A stretch of DNA of 64,000 nt from a virus: the IMG/VR virus record IMGVR_UViG_3300037083_000054, positions 32,001 to 96,000 of that record, one strand, 5' to 3'. How positions within the stretch are numbered: position 1 is the first letter of the stretch; each line of letters starts with the position of its first letter. A model generated the notes under the pieces. It saw nothing but the letters and a program-made list of their open reading frames with translations. It did no database searches and was not told where the DNA came from. The position numbers and the translations under genes are program-made. Positions 61,160-64,000 of the stretch are shown here, piece after piece.

Positions 61160-61803
61160 ATGATGTACCGATTATGGCTCTGGTTCCTGCAATGTCTCGG
61201 CTTTGACCCTCGCGGCATCTTTCGCTATTGGGACGGCAAGCGATATCGGAATGGCGACCCCATGGAAATGGCTCGCAATCTCTGGTCCGTCAATATCACG
61301 CGACAACTCGCTCCGGGAATTCCGGGGATTGAAGAACCGTTTGACTCTGCCGTCTCCCGAAAACTCATTGCCTCTGGGATCGGCATGCAGATTCAACAAG
61401 GCTATGCGGAAGTCGATTATGCCGTCCGCACCGCATGGGGCATTCAGCCGTTGTCACAAGGCGGCTTGACAGAAGAAGAGTGCGACCGTCTCTTGCTCCG
61501 CTTCGAGCGATATCTGGGTGATGTAAAAAAAAATGGCAATCCTCCGCCGATTGCGTCTGTCAATACGGATACGAACACCGACGAATCTACCACGAAGAAC
61601 GCACGGCCCACTGGTTATGCCTCGGAAGGGCATTCCTTCGAACTGCCAAATGTTACCGAATTGCTGTAGGTCTCTCGATGCCGGATTGGTGGATGTGTGA
61701 TGCTCATAACATCACACCGGAATTAGCAACAAAAGAGTTTCTGGAATATGAACGGGCGGAAGCGATGGCCCGAGCACGACAAAACGGACGGACGCGAATG
61801 TGA
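61160..61803 (+). CDS. tail assembly chaperone (61160-61669) with -1 frameshift extension to 61803
   Basis: A9 slippery run at 61525-61533; the -1 frame is open to TGA 61803, overlapping the next start. Confidence 0.8.
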
Positions 61804-63212
61804 ATAGCTTAGTCCAGATCATTCAGGCGATTGCTACAGCCGTCAATGCAAAAATGACGATGACGCTGTCGCAACGCATTTCGCAACTGTCGCATCAGAT
61901 GCTGACGGGAAGCGGAGCGGGATGGATTGATCGGTCGACGGCGAGCGAGGGCATGCGACGGCAGAGACTCGGCACATCGGCAGAACGAGTCACTCAGGCC
62001 ACGGAAAAACGGAACGACCTGAAAGGCAAAGTCGATGCTCTCGGTGAGTTCCTGATCAATAATGCTCAGACGCTGACTGATAAAGAATTCAAACAACTTC
62101 AGAGAGCATTGGATCAATATACGCGACAGCTTGATCGTGCTCGCGAGGTCCTAAAGAAAGTCACCGATTCCGACAAGAAATTGAAGGAGGAAAATGATCG
62201 GCTGACTCGGGCCGAGAATGCCGCATCACTTCGGCAACCAAAAGGGATTTGGGGTCAAGTTCAAAATGCATATACGAATCTTCGTCGCAAAATTGGACCG
62301 TCCGGACGCAAGCGATTACTCGCTGTTCACGATGTCATTTCCTCTGTCCTGAATCCAAAACGAGCGAAAGCGAAAGCGGCTACTGCCAGATCCCGAGCAG
62401 ATCAAGCGAATAAGGCTTATTATTCCGCCAAAGCGGCACACAATCAGGCGATGGCGGTTCATCGAAAAAATCTCGAACTTCATCAACGCTCGCCGACTGT
62501 TCAAACCGCAAAAGATGTCGCGTCGAGTGAAAACACCCTTAAAAAAACTCGGCACGCGGTTGTTGAAGCTGGTCAAACAGTACAGGCATTAGCAGAAGTC
62601 GCAACCGGACTCGAAGGAATCGCTGCCGTTGGAGCGTTTATTAATCCGGTGATTGCGGGCATTGCCTCTGCATTCGCTCTAGCAGTTGTAGTCGTTTCTG
62701 CGGCTCTCGTTTTCATTAACAAAACGCTCGCAAGTGCTCAGAAAGAAGTTGAGCGGTTTCGTTCAGAACGCTCGCATTTTTCCTCGCAAGTTGCGGGAGC
62801 GGTTGCAAGATATGATGCTCAGTCGCTTCAGCTAGAACAGCGATCGACACGAGCGACCAGTGGAAGTGCGACTGAAGTCATTAAAGCCACAATGAACCTT
62901 CGAGAATCTATGCAAGATCGAAGCGAGCGATGGGAAAATATCGCAAATCAGCTTTTGTCCGCGACGATTTCGGTTGCCACATTCGCCAGCGATGTCTTGT
63001 CATCGGTTGATATTGTTACGCCAGTCGCGGAGGGAATATTGGCCATTGGCCGTTCCATTCTCACGCAATTCGGAATCAAGCTAGACGATATCAGCAAGAA
63101 TACCAGTAAGTCCGCTGGAAACATGGGCCTCGATGTGATCCAACTATTGAACAACGAAAATCGAAACGCTCGCGGCAATAAAGCATTTCCCCCACTGAAG
63201 CCCATTAAATAA
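61800..63212 (+). CDS. tape-measure-like protein (short)
   Basis: Helical and Ala-rich with a hydrophobic segment; follows the chaperone. Confidence 0.65.
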   Translation: MNSLVQIIQAIATAVNAKMTMTLSQRISQLSHQMLTGSGAGWIDRSTASEGMRRQRLGTSAERVTQATEKRNDLKGKVDALGEFLINNAQTLTDKEFKQLQRALDQYTRQLDRAREVLKKVTDSDKKLKEENDRLTRAENAASLRQPKGIWGQVQNAYTNLRRKIGPSGRKRLLAVHDVISSVLNPKRAKAKAATARSRADQANKAYYSAKAAHNQAMAVHRKNLELHQRSPTVQTAKDVASSENTLKKTRHAVVEAGQTVQALAEVATGLEGIAAVGAFINPVIAGIASAFALAVVVVSAALVFINKTLASAQKEVERFRSERSHFSSQVAGAVARYDAQSLQLEQRSTRATSGSATEVIKATMNLRESMQDRSERWENIANQLLSATISVATFASDVLSSVDIVTPVAEGILAIGRSILTQFGIKLDDISKNTSKSAGNMGLDVIQLLNNENRNARGNKAFPPLKPIK

Positions 63213-63224
63213 AGTCAAGAAAAA

Positions 63225-64000
63225 ATGTCGTCTGGTTTTACTACTGTCAGCTATGGGAATATCACGCTATACCGCTGCGCGACACGGCAGGTCAATCAAG
63301 AGGAAATTCTCGATCCGAGCGGCACAGACCTTCGGTATATGCAGACGACCGTTACGGTCGAGGGGCGGCTGAATGGTCATGATCAAGGGACACAATGGTT
63401 GTTTTCTCAGCAGAGTAATTTAACGCAGTATTCGCTCACATATGCAGGGGGTGCTGACACTCCCAATGGGCTTGCGAGCATTCGCGAAGCGAGCATTCGC
63501 TATCAACTTCCGCCACGCCAAGTCTTTCTGATGCAAGTCGGCTGCGATCAAAATGGCGGCGGCGGTCAAACGTTGATTTCTGCGAAACCAGCTCCCCTCA
63601 CCATGACTCCCGTCGGGCCTCGAAGTGCGGCAGTCAACATGAACGTTTCTGGAGTCGACCTCAATAATGGGCCGCACTGCAAGAGCTTTGTGATTACGAA
63701 AATTGTTGGCGACGAACAGTATACGGTCGAAGCGACGTTTGTGGTCTGTAAAGTGGAATGCGATTCGAACGGCAATGTCAACGGAAATACGAAAGGGATT
63801 CTCTACAATCGCTGGTCATGTCAAGACACGATGGATGCCAATTTAAGGACGTCCAGAGTCTACTCTGGGCAACTCGCTCTGACATCAGCCAATCTCAATA
63901 TGCAGCAGTTGCGATGGCTTGTAATACCGCCGATTGTCCAAATCTTTCGTCGCGACAATATCATGGTCGCGGCATCAGAAGACGGACTCCTCATGAATTG
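63225..64000 (+). CDS. tail protein, 3' partial
   Basis: ATG 63225 MSSGFTTVSYGNITL...; frame appears open to the window end, hence absent from the ORF track. Confidence 0.65.
   Translation, partial: MSSGFTTVSYGNITLYRCATRQVNQEEILDPSGTDLRYMQTTVTVEGRLNGHDQGTQWLFSQQSNLTQYSLTYAGGADTPNGLASIREASIRYQLPPRQVFLMQVGCDQNGGGGQTLISAKPAPLTMTPVGPRSAAVNMNVSGVDLNNGPHCKSFVITKIVGDEQYTVEATFVVCKVECDSNGNVNGNTKGILYNRWSCQDTMDANLRTSRVYSGQLALTSANLNMQQLRWLVIPPIVQIFRRDNIMVAASEDGLLMN

Noticed and set aside
1-64000. CRISPR array, DGR or retron
   Set aside because: No regularly spaced repeats, cas genes or reverse transcriptase motifs were seen.

Overview
This window is a segment of a large tailed phage or prophage, most likely infecting a Planctomycetota host (DUF1559 prepilin-like gene; Zn-ribbon + TM proteins). 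Head genes are dispersed: candidate TerS at 4.3 kb, TerL with a 137-aa mini-intein at 12-14 kb, a DUF935 portal followed by putative capsid-cargo genes at 26-31 kb, and protease/scaffold, decoration protein, major capsid, adaptor, tail tube, a -1 frameshifting chaperone and tape measure at 56-64 kb. A nucleotide/replication block at 36-48 kb encodes a dNTP diphosphohydrolase, phosphoesterase, beta-clamp, DNA methylase, SNF2 helicase, a NARP1-type PRPS-like + NAMPT-like pair and a MazG-like protein. There are three aberrant tRNA-like genes, two cargo-carrying IS5-family (IS903-like ends) elements with SWIM-DDE transposases, and a truncated IS4 transposase. The most notable observations are: (1) a diverged major-capsid paralog fused to a Tat-like signal peptide with an internal deletion; (2) a ~120-nt structured non-coding element in three copies with compensatory stem changes, which masks an RBS and contains an antisense promoter and terminator; (3) a shared (D/E)RYS-type motif and leader on portal, scaffold and variable cargo proteins; (4) a 19-bp dispersed palindrome; (5) a 154-nt tRNA-like RNA with a large insert. 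All family calls come from motif recognition by eye; no database searches were run.
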